DNA of 64,000 nucleotides from Malacoraja senta (Eukaryota): NCBI GenBank assembly GCA_038087875.1, contig CM075991.1:6884001-6948000 (forward strand), written 5' to 3'. How positions within the stretch are numbered: the first letter of the stretch is position 1; each line of letters opens with the position of its first letter. Position numbers and translations under genes: made by a program. The notes beneath the pieces were generated by a model, which made no database searches, was not told the DNA's origin, and was given only the letters and a program-made list of their open reading frames with translations. Below, piece after piece: positions 1 through 10,127 of the stretch.

Positions 1-133
1 CATTTTGCTGTAAGGCAGCAACTCTACCGCTGTGCCACCGTGACTGCCCAATTTGCACCCTATCAGAGCTTGCTAACTTGCTAAGAAGATTGTTGACCTT
101 AATTCTATCTTCCTCTTTGGTATTTCAGCGTAC

Positions 134-433
134 CGTTTAGTTTACTTTAGAGATACAGCCTGGAAACAGGCCCTTCTGCTCCCTGAGTCCATGCTGACCA
201 GTGATCCCCGCACCCTAACGCTATCCCACACACACACTAGGGACAATTTACAATTATACAATTAATTAACCTACAAACCTGTACGTGTTTGGAATGTGGG
301 AGGAAACCGGAGCACTCAGAGAAAACCCACAGGAGAATATACAAACTCCGTACAGACAGCACCCATAGTCAGGATGAACCCGAGTCTCTGGCGCTGTAAT
401 GCAGAAACTCTACCGCTGTGCCACCGTGCCGCC
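134..433 (-). mobile_element. HE1-like tRNA-derived V-SINE
   Basis: Reverse complement gives a tRNA-like head (ggcggcacggtggcacagcggtagag...gggttcatcc), the V core (tgctccggtttcctcccaca), a CR1-like tail (gggcctgtttcc...tgtatctctaaa) and a taaa-repeat end. Confidence 0.85.
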
Positions 434-531
434 CATATGCTGACAATCTGGAAATGATGCTGAGAGAGTGTTGAGCTTTCGGAGGTGTCATCATTTTGAT
501 GAGATACTGAACAAAGACCATTCTCCCTTTC

Positions 532-572
532 CTGAAGAAGGGTCCCGACCCGAAACGTCACCTATCCTTTTC
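532..572 (+). ncRNA. Minimal type I hammerhead ribozyme motif (Penelope pLTR)
   Basis: CTGAAGA-A-GGGT(CCCG)ACCC-GAAAC-GTC-ACC: complete catalytic core, 4-bp stem II, palindromic ACGT mini stem III, GUC cleavage triplet. Confidence 0.7.
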
Positions 573-591
573 CTCCGGAGATGCTGCCTGA

Positions 592-790
592 CCCATTTGC
601 TGGTCCAGATCACGAACAGATCATTTATGTCGACACAAATTCCGGCTCCCTCGATGTAATGAACCAGGAAAGGGAAGACATCCATGATCGGCACACGTGG
701 GTTAAACATGTACACCATAATCACAAGTTCCTTCTGGGTTGGAAGGGTGAAGATGGGCTGCTCCGCCAGCAGGTAGAGTGGAGTTTCATT
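592..790 (-). pseudogene. Fragment of Tx1/L1-clade LINE ORF1 (ZCCHC3-like)
   Basis: Translates NETPLYLLAEQPIFTLPTQKELVIMVYMFNPRVPIMDVFPFLVHYIEGAGICVDINDLFVIWTSKW, resembling the recalled ZCCHC3-like pattern PLF.LP.QR.R.VTVHMYNP.VP..DV..FL.RY......D..D.FGIWTSKR. Confidence 0.65.
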
Positions 791-1010
791 CCTTTGCTAC
801 TTGCCGCGTGTTTGAAAGTAATGTTCTCCAGTGATGCTGCCCGACCTGCTGAGTTACTTCAGCACTTTGTGCCTTTTTTTTTCCTTTTCTAACTCTTGGA
901 TGTAAAAGATCTCCTGGCACTGTTTCAAAAAATGAACCGAATGTTGTTCCGTGTGCACCTGACAATTTATCCTGAACAGCTACTTTCTAAAGAATATCCA
1001 GTTTCTTATC

Positions 1011-1864
1011 GAAGGCAGACACAAAATGCTGGAGTAACTCAGCAGGACAGGCAGCATCTCTGGAGAGAAGGAATGGGTGACGTTTTGGGTCGAGACCCTT
1101 CTTCAGACTGGTGTCAGGGGAGTGGGCGGAACAGAGATAGAATGTAGTCAGAGACTGGTCGGAGAACTGGGAAGGGGAAGGGGATGGAGAGAGAGGGACA
1201 GCAAGGGCTATTTGAAGTTAGAGAAGTTAATGTTCATACCGCTGGGGTGTAAGCTACCCAAGCGAAATATGAGGTACAATTTGTGCTGGACCTCATTCTG
1301 ACAATGGAGGAGGCCCAGGACAGAGAGGTCAGATTGGGACTGGGAGGGGGGAGTTCAAGTGCTGGGCCAACGGGAGATCAGGTAGGTTAAGGCGGACTGA
1401 GCGGAGGTGTTCAGCGAAACGATCACCGAGCCTGCGCTTGGTCTTGCCGATGTACGGAAGTTGACACCTGGAACAGCGGATACAGTAGATGAGGTTGGAG
1501 GAGGTGCAAGTGAACCTCTGCCTCACCTGAAAAGGCTGTCGGGGTCCTTGGATGGGCGTGGGAAAGGGACAAGTGTTGCATCTCCTGCGGTTGCAGGGGA
1601 AAGTACCTGAGGAGGGGGTGGTTTGGGTGGGAAGGGATGAGTTGACCAGGGAGTTGCGAAGGGAATGGTCTCTGCAGAAAGCAGAAAGGGGTGGAGATGG
1701 GAAGATGTGACCAGTAGTGGGATCCTGTTGGAGGTGGCGAAAGTGTTGGACCCAAAACGTCACCCATTCCTGCTCTCCAGTGATGCTGCCTGTCCTGCCG
1801 AGTTACTCCAGCATTTTGTATCTACCTTCAATTTAAACCAGCATCTGCAGTTCTTTCCTACACT
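1011..1864 (-). mobile_element. 5'-truncated Penelope-like element (Neptune-type): GIY-YIG endonuclease, 3' pLTR and inverted pLTR
   Basis: ORF 1329-1763 has PCNRRRCNTC, then FTCTSSNLIYCIRCSRCQLPYIGKTKRRLGDRFAEH. Hammerhead-bearing pLTR ~1011-1210, inverted partial pLTR 1749-1864. 14-bp TSD tccagtttcttatc at 997-1010 and 1865-1878. Confidence 0.9.
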
Positions 1865-1925
1865 TCCAGTTTCTTATCATCAGTTTGTGGGACTTTGCAT
1901 CATGCAAAACATTTGATGTATTTTC

Positions 1926-2138
1926 TATGTGGACGAAGGAACTGCAAGTGTTGGTTTATACCAAAGATAGACACAAAATGCTGGAGCAACTCAGTGGGTC
2001 AGGCAGCAACTCCGGAGGAAAGGAACAGGTGGTGTTTCGGGTCAGAACCCTTCTTCAGACTGAACCAAAACATCACTTGTTCCTTTTCTCCGGAGATGCT
2101 GCTTGATCCACTGAGTTGCTCCAGTACTTTGTGTCTAC
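1926..2138. mobile_element. Inverted (hairpin) Penelope pLTR insertion
   Basis: Arms agacacaaaatgctggagcaactcagtggg...cttcttcag and its reverse complement; 12-bp TSD tgatgtattttc at 1914-1925 and 2139-2150. Confidence 0.8.
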
Positions 2139-3078
2139 TGATGTATTTTCCACATTGCATCTGTGCCTAAATTCAGCAATACTTCATTGTCGGCTAAGCC
2201 GTAGTGAGTTAAGGAAAACAGAAGAGATTTGACCTGGGAATATGTTGAAAAAATCTGGATTAAATCCAGGGAGAAGATCACACTCGAAGTTCCTTGATGG
2301 TGAAGGATTTCCATCCCAAATACCGGCCTGCAAGTCCCCAATTCCCAATGGTTCCTGTCCAGGCATCGACAACACAAGCACCTGTTGACTAAGTAGAAGA
2401 AAACCAGTGGTGGTTAAGGGTATAAAGATTTTCAATGTTAAGGCAGGAAGACTGCGCAGTGCCTAATAGGAAGATGAGTGATGGTTATCTGATCCTAGCA
2501 CCCAAGGCATTTGTTCCACCTGGTACCAATTATTTAGAAACTTCAGTCTCAATTGCCTACAGTCTTGGCATGAACATTTGCCAACTCAATGCGCTGGTTT
2601 GGCAGCTCATTGGCATCTATCCTGATTGTACAACTTTCCTTTTAATACAACTTCATCTCAATCATCACACAGATGTTGAAGTTGTTGTTACATGGAACAT
2701 TGTTTTGACATATATAAGCTTATTTCACCAGCCTTAACATTGTTTCTCCTCTGGTATGTCACTTCATCTCCAAGATATATGAACTTTTCTTATTTTCATT
2801 TGCTGCGGATTCATGGAGATGTGGTGCTGGAAATTATTTATGTTTGTTTAGTTGACCTCCAGTCAGTGAAATTTTCACTGTTTTTATCTGAAATTATTTA
2901 CCAGCTCTAATTTTGTCTGGTATCTTGGTGGAAAGTAATGCTCAAATTGAAACTCTGATTCTGTCACTGATTTAGAACTGTCATATAATGTTTTACTCAT
3001 CTCATCAAAGACTCCATGTATTTCTTGCATACTGAATATTCTAATATAACTCAAAGACATTTTCAAATCAGTTTAAGG

Positions 3079-3740
3079 ACATAGAACATAGAACAATACA
3101 GCATAGGAACAGGCCCACAATTTCCATGCCTAACGTGGTCAAGTTAACGTAATCTTCTCTGCTTGCATGTGATCTATAATCCCTCCATTCCTAGTATTTC
3201 CATGGGTCTATCTAAAAACCTCTAAAATGCCGGGTGGGCATGCTGAGGGTGGCACTGATGCAGTGGTGGACTTGCTGCCTTACAGTGCCCGACCCGAGTT
3301 CGATCCTGACTATGGGAGCTGTTTGTATGGAGTTTGCATGTTCTCCCTGTGACCATGTGAGTTTTCTCTTGGTGCTCCGGTTTCCCCCCACACTCCAAAG
3401 ACACACAGGGTGGTAGGTTGATTGGCTTCTGTAAATTGCAAATTATCCCTCGTGTGTGGGATGGTGCTAGTGTATGGGATGATCACTGATCGGCACGGAT
3501 TTGGTGAGCTGAAGGGCCTGTTTCCTTGCTGTATCTCTAAAGTCTAAAGCCACTATCATATCTGCCTCCACCATTACTCCTGGCAGTGCGTTCCAGGAAC
3601 TCACCACTCTCTGTGGGGGGAAAAAAAACTTGCTCCACACATCTCCTTTAAACTTTGTCCCTTAAAGCTAAGCCATCCTAAATTTGACATTGTGTTTGAA
3701 ATTTCCTCTCCGGGAAAGAGGTTCTGACTGTTTACGCTAT
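3079..3740 (-). mobile_element. CR1 (HER1-like) LINE 3' end, interrupted by a SINE
   Basis: (atagaac)n tail, caccactctctgtg...aaaaacttg, tctcctttaaacttt and other typical CR1 3' motifs in reverse. Confidence 0.7.
3233..3548 (+). mobile_element. HE1-like V-SINE
   Basis: B-box-like gagttcgatcc, V core ggtgctccggtttcccccca, tail gaagggcctgtttcc...tctctaaagtctaaa. Confidence 0.85.
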
Positions 3741-4203
3741 TGGCACCCTATCTATTTAATGGGAATTTTATTTGAAATTTAAGATTACTTGGTAAATTTT
3801 AACAACATGTTGCTAAATTACTAATGATTTGATATGCATTTACCTGCCATATCAAGCAGCATTATTTTGCTTATAGCTTAAGCGGGTTTCAAGAGGGAAT
3901 GCATTCCACCTCAGGGCCTCAGAAAAATGACTACATCCAGATTTTTTTGGAATGCTAAAACCTACATTATTATATGGACCTTGAGAAAAGTAACGCTGTC
4001 AAAGATGGAGCCCAACTGTTGTTGTTCTGCACCCTCTTTGAATTTCTCTCCCACATCATCTTCCCATACAATTTATCTGATGCTGATTAGTTTTCTGAAC
4101 TCTTCACCGAGTGAAGCTCCCTCTGGCTTTGTATCCATTCCTTGAAATTCTTTGGTCTAAATGCAACCAATTTCTTTCAAGTAGAACAATGTAGAATATA
4201 CAA

Positions 4204-4375
4204 CAATGGCGCAGCAGGTAGAGCCCCTGCCTCACAGTGTCAGAGACGTTGGTTTGAACATGACCTCGAGTGCCATCTTTGTGGAGTTTGCATGTTTTCG
4301 CTGTGGCCGCCTTGGTTTCCTCCGGGTGCTCCGGTTTCCTCCCACATCTCAATAACGTGTGGGTTTGTAGGTTAG
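4204..4375 (+). mobile_element. HE1-like SINE, 3'-truncated
   Basis: tggcgcagcaggtagag head and gggtgctccggtttcctcccaca core. Confidence 0.7.
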
Positions 4376-4405
4376 GCTTTGGTTAGGCTCTAGACTTTGT
4401 TACGA

Positions 4406-4961
4406 CAGGTCCACCACCGACTTTCCGGCACCCTTGGTTCCAGATCCTTTCTGGAGTAAGGGTCTCGACCCGAAACGTCACCCATTCCTTCTCTCCAGAG
4501 ATGCTGCCTGTCCCGCTGAGTTACTCCAGCATTTTGTGTCTATCTTCGGTTTAAACCTGCATCTGCAGTTCCTTCATACACATACTCCTTTCTGGGTTAT
4601 CCGTTTTGACTGACCATCAGAGGTCACGTCCTCCGCGAGGAGTCGAACGGTATCGGAATGGTCCTCCTAGGCTACGGAGGAGCCAAGATATCAGCTCACA
4701 AAGTAGGCCTCGTACGTCAGCTACTGGAACGGATCCACTGGCGCCGGAATTCCAGGGTCCCGGACGCTGGGGGGGAAATTCGAGCCATCGATCCACTGCG
4801 AAAGTCCCGATATTGTAGAGATCAGCCACTTCATCCAGCTTAGGCGCCACAATATCGGGGGGGGGGGGGGGGGAGGTGAATTCCAAGCGAGCTTTCATAA
4901 TTTTTTCCGGATTAAAGGAGATGCCAGACCACCAGTTGCCAGAAAATCTGTGGTGTACATG
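4406..4961. mobile_element. Non-autonomous TIR DNA transposon (pogo/Tigger-like MITE), copy 1
   Basis: Left end caggtccaccaccgactttccggca, right end tgccagaaaatctgtggtgtacatg (imperfect inverted repeat); ends match copy 2 at 5689-6412. Confidence 0.6.
4455..4585 (+). mobile_element. Penelope pLTR/hammerhead repeat inserted in the MITE
   Basis: aagggtctcgacccgaaacgtcacccattcc...gcatctgcagttcc; 10-bp TSD tcctttctgg at 4445-4454 and 4586-4595. Confidence 0.8.
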
Positions 4962-5688
4962 TTTCTCCACCCATTTACCAATCAGCCCTCCATCTATCAC
5001 TTTGCCAGGTTTTAACTCCATCCCTTCCTCCCACCTCTCTTTACTGGCTTTTCCCTTGACCTCCATAAGGCTGAAGAAGGGCCCTTATCCGAAACGTCGT
5101 CTGTCCGTTTCCCTCCATAGATGCTTCCGGGCCTGCTGATTTCCTCCAGCAGATTATTTTTTATTAAATAATCCCTACCACTTGCTTCCTTTAATTTTCC
5201 CTTTAATTGCTGATTGCTGTTCTCACAACCCCAGAACCAATCCTCATCACCCCCCCCCCCAAACCCTCTGATGTCAGCAGCTGCTCACTATCTACCCCAG
5301 GTCAAATTGATATGGTTTTACCTTTGGTAAAACTTCAGTTGTTCAAAACCAAGGCAGTTCAATTAAACTATTAAAAATGTAGAACGTGAAATTCCCTGCT
5401 GAAACAGAAATTTTCATCGTAATGAATTCCATTTATAAAAAGAATGGAAATAACTTTTCATTTGTTGTTATAGGTATTTTTCAACAATCCAAGTGATCGG
5501 ACCCAGGTCCTTGCAGATATTTAATCTCATCTGCTTGTGGTTTGTTCTTCATCTAAAACATATTTCAGATTTGCTCCAAGTAGTCTTGGTATTGCAACAA
5601 ACACTAAACGCAAAGAGTATTTCCGTTGCACTGCAGAATTCCTTGGTACCTCACTCGCCTACTTTGCAATTAATTGCATCTCCACACA

Positions 5689-6412
5689 CAGGTACACCAT
5701 CGTTTTTCCGGCACCCTTGGTTGCAGAGGTTTTCCGGGTTATCCATTTTGCCGGATCAACAGTGATCAGGTAATAATAATTCAACAATATACCTCTGACC
5801 CACTAATTATATCGCTCCATATCTCTACAGCAGCACGGACTGCGAGAGACTTAAACAAATAATTTAGTATAGCTTAGTTTTGTTTGGTTTAGAGACACAG
5901 CTCAGAAACAGGCCCTTCGGCCCGCCGTGCTCGCGCTGACCATCAATCTATATTCTGTTGTGATGAAGCAAAGCAAGAATTTCATTGTCCTATCTGGGAC
6001 ACATGACAATAAAGTCTCTTGAATCTTGAATCAATCCCTGTACACGAACTAGCACTGTCCTACATACTAGGGACCATTTACAAGTTTTGCTGACGCCAAT
6101 TAACCTGTACGTCTTTGGAGTGTGGGGAGAAACTGGAGCAGCTGGAGAAAACCCACGCGGTCACGGGGAGGACGTAAAAACTCTGTACAGACAGCACCCC
6201 GTAGGCAGGATCGAACCCGGGTCTCTGGCGCTGACAGGCAGTAACTCTACCGTTGCGCCACTGTGAACAATTAGCAAAGAAGTAAACAAACTCTTTCAGC
6301 ACGGAGGAATACATCCCGAAGGAGGGTGCACCACACGCAATGCTGTCGTAATTTTGTCCGGATTAATGGAGGTGCCGGACCATCAGTTGCTGGAAAGTCG
6401 GTGGTGGACCAC
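5689..6412. mobile_element. pogo/Tigger-like MITE copy 2, with nested SINE
   Basis: caggtacaccatcgtttttccggcacccttggtt ... tgctggaaagtcggtggtggacc; same subterminal sequences as 4406-4961. Confidence 0.6.
5862..6265 (-). mobile_element. HE1-like SINE containing a short LINE tail (~5950-6030)
   Basis: Reverse tRNA head cagtggcgcaacggtagag...gggttcgatcc; inner piece ends aataaagtctcttgaatcttgaa. Confidence 0.8.
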
Positions 6413-6569
6413 TACTTGATTTAACATTGGCATCCAACTTTCCAAGTTTTAACTTTTCAAAATGTTCACCAACTACTGGAAGGTCCACCAGGCCTCATGA
6501 CCCCTTGACCCTCAACTTGCAGCTCCCTCTCCTCAACACTAATGCACAATCAGGGAGATTGAAAACTTA

Positions 6570-6661
6570 CAGGTAGACAAAAATGCTGGAGAAACTCAGC
6601 GGGTGAGGCAGCACCTATAGGAAATAGGCAATGTTTCGGGTCGAAACCCTTCTTCAGACTG
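6570..6661 (-). mobile_element. Penelope pLTR/hammerhead repeat (subfamily B)
   Basis: Reverse complement reads gtctgaagaagggtttcgacccgaaacattgcctatttcc. Confidence 0.75.
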
Positions 6662-6699
6662 AACTTGCATTTGGCAGACAAAATCACAATTCTGCCAAA

Positions 6700-7140
6700 G
6701 AATATCTCCTTGACATTGTTGGTTAGTGCACTCATTTCGTAGAAAGCTGTTGGCTTCAAGTAACATTTATCAGCCTTGAGTACGAAAATGTAGGTCGACA
6801 TTCCAGTGTCTCCCAGGGAAAGTATTGCACTGTTGGGGGTACTTTCTTTCAGACGTAATATTAAATCAATGTCCTGTTTGCTCTGTGGTGGACGTAAAAG
6901 AGTCTGCCACGCTAATTGGAAGAAGAGCTCGTGAATTCTCTATGGTATCATAGCCAATATTTATTCCTCATTCATCTTCACTGAAATAGATAATGTGGTC
7001 ACTGTCACCTTTTGGCTAAACTAACTGCTTCTTTTTCCCCATTACAAAATGTACTTTAAAATTCTTTCATTGCTTGTAAACCACCTGTGATTGCAATGGT
7101 TATGAAAGACACTGTACAAGTACAAGGCATGCATTTATAT
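6700..7140 (+). mobile_element. Deu-domain SINE (SacSINE1/AmnSINE-like)
   Basis: gtggacgtaaaagagtctgccacgctaattggaagaagagc...gccaatatttattcctca...ttcattgcttgtaaa resembles the Deu domain and L2-like tail. Confidence 0.65.
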
Positions 7141-7184
7141 TTGATATCATACAGAAACACCGTACCATTAAAAAAAAAATTTAT

Positions 7185-7452
7185 AGCGCCAGCTATCCGG
7201 GTTCGATCCTGACAGCAGGTGCTGTCTGTGCATAGTCTGTAGGTTCTCCCTGTGACAGCATGGGTTTTCCCCGAGTACTCTGGTGTTCTCTGACATTCCA
7301 AAGGCGTACAGGTTTTTAGGTTAATTGGCTTCAGTAAATTTGTAAATTGTCCCTTGTGTAGGATAGTGTTCGTGTATGCGGTGATCGCTGGTCGGCGTGG
7401 ACTTGGTGGACCGAAGGGCCTGTTTCCGCACTGTATCTCTAAAGTAAACGTA
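7185..7452 (+). mobile_element. HE1-like V-SINE
   Basis: gggttcgatcctgac, V core, tail gaagggcctgtttccgcactgtatctctaaagtaaa. Confidence 0.85.
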
Positions 7453-7814
7453 AAAGGCATGTCACAATGAAATTTATTAATTACAATATAATACGATGCA
7501 ACATTCCCATTACAAAGCACAAGGTTTTGATTTGTTCTCTGAATCTTGTTCTGTATTACCTATCAATTTTTAACGCGCTGTTCAAATTTAAAATAAGTGC
7601 TTTCATTCGCAAATGTTAGACAAGCTAGTCTATGGATTTTCATGCAGAGGACTCTGTAAATAACTTGGAACTTTCTTTAGCAGGAGAATTGAATGTTGGT
7701 GTACATACCACACCGGGTGTGCATCCAATGTTTGTCGCTTTGATAGTGTCTTTTTCGATTGCAGCTCTGAACCTAATGAAATTTTCATTAATATATTGCA
7801 CTTCTCATACGTAT

Positions 7815-8303
7815 AGAATCATGAGAGGAATAGATCGGGTGGAGTCTCTGTCCAGAGTGGGGAAATCGAGAACCAGAGGGCATGTGTTCAAGGTGAAGGG
7901 GGAAATATATAATAGGAGCCTGAGGGGTAACTTTTTCATGTGGAGGGTAGTGGGTGAAAAGAAAGAGCTGCCGGAGGAGGTAGTTGAGGCAGGGACTATT
8001 GTAACGTTTAAGAAACAATTAGACAGGTGCATGGATAGGACGTTGTGTTAAAGAAGGAACTGCAGATGCTGGAAAATCGAAGGTACACAAAAGGGTTTCG
8101 GCCCGAAACGTTGCCTATTTCCTTCGCTCCATAGATGCTGCTGCACCCGCTGAGTTTCTCCAGCATTTTTGTGTACCTTGCATGGATAGGACGTTTAGTG
8201 GGATATGGGCCAAATGCGGGCAGGTGGGACTAGTGTAGATAGGACACGTTGCTCGGTGTGGACATGTTGGGCCGAAGCGCCTGTTTCCACACTATGACTC
8301 TAT
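7815..8303 (+). mobile_element. CR1 LINE 3' end with nested pLTR insertion
   Basis: YRIMRGIDRV...SRTRGH...GNFF..RVV...LPEEVVEAGTIVTFKKQLD; (ctatga)n tail. Confidence 0.85.
8045..8178. mobile_element. Inverted pLTR/hammerhead insertion (subfamily B)
   Basis: aagggtttcggcccgaaacgttgcctatttcc plus an inverted tail; 17-bp TSD tgcatggataggacgtt at 8028-8044 and 8179-8195. Confidence 0.85.
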
Positions 8304-8569
8304 GGTTACCATTTTAGTCGAGCTGTTGTTTATTGTCTTTTACAGATGTAATATGTAACAGAAGCCTATTATGAGGATGATTTATTTAAGTGATAATCAC
8401 CACTGCTGCATTGGGTTGAGGACTCGTGGAGTCAAAAAGATAAGCTGCTATTGCAGAAGTTTAAAATAAAAATAGAAAATTACAAAAATATACAGCAGAT
8501 AGGTCAGCAGTTGAAAGAGACAAAATCAAGATAATGTTTTGGCTATGCTTGACTATTAAAACTTCACTT

Positions 8570-8853
8570 ATTTTAGTTTGGTATGGTTTAGAGATACAGT
8601 GTCCGCATAGACCAGCGATCCCCGCACATTAACACCCTACACACATATGACCAATTTAACATTTCTACCAAGCCAATTAACCTACAAAACAGTATGTCTT
8701 TGGAGTGTGGGAGGAAACCGAACGTCTCGGAGAAAATCCAGGCAGGTCACGGGGAGAATGAACAAACTCCATACAGACAACACCCGTGGACAGAATCGAA
8801 CCCGGGTCTCTGGTGCTGTAAGACAGTAGCTCATCCGCTGCGCCATCGTGCCG
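8570..8853 (-). mobile_element. HE1-like SINE
   Basis: Reverse V core tgtgggaggaaaccg and tRNA head. Confidence 0.8.
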
Positions 8854-9434
8854 CTCTTTTCTCTTTCAGTAATATAAGGCTCCTGCAGGTTTCTGCTTTA
8901 TTCCAAATGATTGGTTTCTTAGTGGATGAAACCAAAATTATTCCAAACTAGATGACTTAATATTAGTGTTAAAGTCAGCATATGAGTTGCATTGTGGAAA
9001 GGAGGGAGAAAGCCTCGACTAGGTAATGCACACATTAATTAAACACAACAAAGCCACACTTTTTCTCTTGGTTGTCAACAATCTCGCTGTGCTTTCTTAT
9101 GGTGATGTGCTGTGACTTTATTTTTTTTAAACCTTTATTTGTGTTGCAACAATGAGGGCAAAACAGCTTCTTAATATTTCAGAACTGCTGCTGCCCTAAT
9201 GCTGATATTTGGTAGGGAATTCCAAGACTTTTGACCCGTCCGAACCTATGAATACAGCCAGCATTCAAGGGAATATAACGTATGTGTGCACGCGCATACA
9301 CCCATGCACATTTGTGCACAGGGGCTGTAGAGATGAAGGACTTGAATTTTCATTGAGGAAATTTGTTTTCACTCAGAGTATTTTCATGATAATGCCAGTG
9401 TCATGACAAAGCGAGTTTTATTGCAAAATATAAT

Positions 9435-9715
9435 TAAGAGTCAACTCAAGAGTGTTTAACTATTATCTGTCCCAAACGGAACAATGAAATGCGTACTGGC
9501 AGCAGCACAACAGGTTTGCAAACACAGGTCTCCATTTCTAACAAAGTAAACACACAAGAAAAAGTTCAATAAATTAAAAACCCAGCCTCGAGCAGTGAAG
9601 GCTTTTCAGAGTTTGGAGTTTAGTTGGAGTTTGTCGCGTTCAATAGCCTGACGGTTGTTGAGAAGAAGCTGTTCCTGAACCTGAACGTCACAGCTTTCAG
9701 AATCCTATACCTTCT
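9435..9715 (-). mobile_element. Rex1/Babar-like LINE 3' remnant
   Basis: aagagtcaa tail; gttcaatagcctgacggttgttgagaagaagctgttcctgaacc is the antisense of FRNSF..T.IRLLN. Confidence 0.55.
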
Positions 9716-9857
9716 GGCTCTGGTTATTTTTTTCAGCAGAAATTCCCCTGGGCTAACCTGTTAATTATCCTTGCATCACACCTAAATGCACAATGGAAGT
9801 AATCATCTATTTTTGCTCAGTCTCAGTCTAACCAGGTTGGTTAGACTTAGACTAACC

Positions 9858-10127
9858 TGGTGGAACGATAGAGTTGCAGCCTTACACCTCCAGAGACCCA
9901 GGTTCTATCCTGACAATGGCTGCTGACTGTACGTTATACCTGTGACCGTGTGGGTTTTCTCTGGGTGCTCCGGTTTCCTCCCACATTCCAAAGACGTGTG
10001 GGTTTATCAGTTAATTGGCCTCTGTAAATTGTCCCCAGTGTGTGGGATAGAACTACTGCATGGTATGATAGTCAGTCGGCGAGGTTGTTCGAAGGGCCTG
10101 TTTCTGCGCTGTATCTCGAAACTAAAC
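9858..10127 (+). mobile_element. HE1-like SINE
   Basis: V core gggtgctccggtttcctcccacattccaaagac and aaactaaac tail. Confidence 0.8.

Larger units (their letters stand above)
437..2200 (+). mobile_element. Old Deu-domain SINE (SacSINE1/AmnSINE-like) split into four pieces (~437-530, 893-1010, 1865-1925, 2139-2200)
   Basis: Degenerate Deu motifs in collinear order: ggatgtaaaagatctcctggcactgtttc, acaatttatcct, gtttgtgggactttgc, atacttcattg. Pieces rejoin across TSDs. Confidence 0.6.

Noticed and set aside
581..892. Plus-strand 103-aa ORF with apparent ccag acceptor and cag|gtagag donor (possible host exon)
   Set aside because: The opposite strand gives a recognisable ZCCHC3-like LINE ORF1, and the segment lies inside a repeat
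2884..3066. Minus-strand ORF MQEIHGVFDEMSKTLYD...KLEL ending at ctg|gtaaat
   Set aside because: No recognisable homology and only a weak acceptor; cannot be supported without a search
5474..5524. Possible plus-strand terminal exon VFFNNPSDRTQVLADI-stop after ttgttgttatag
   Set aside because: Too short, and no partner exons identified
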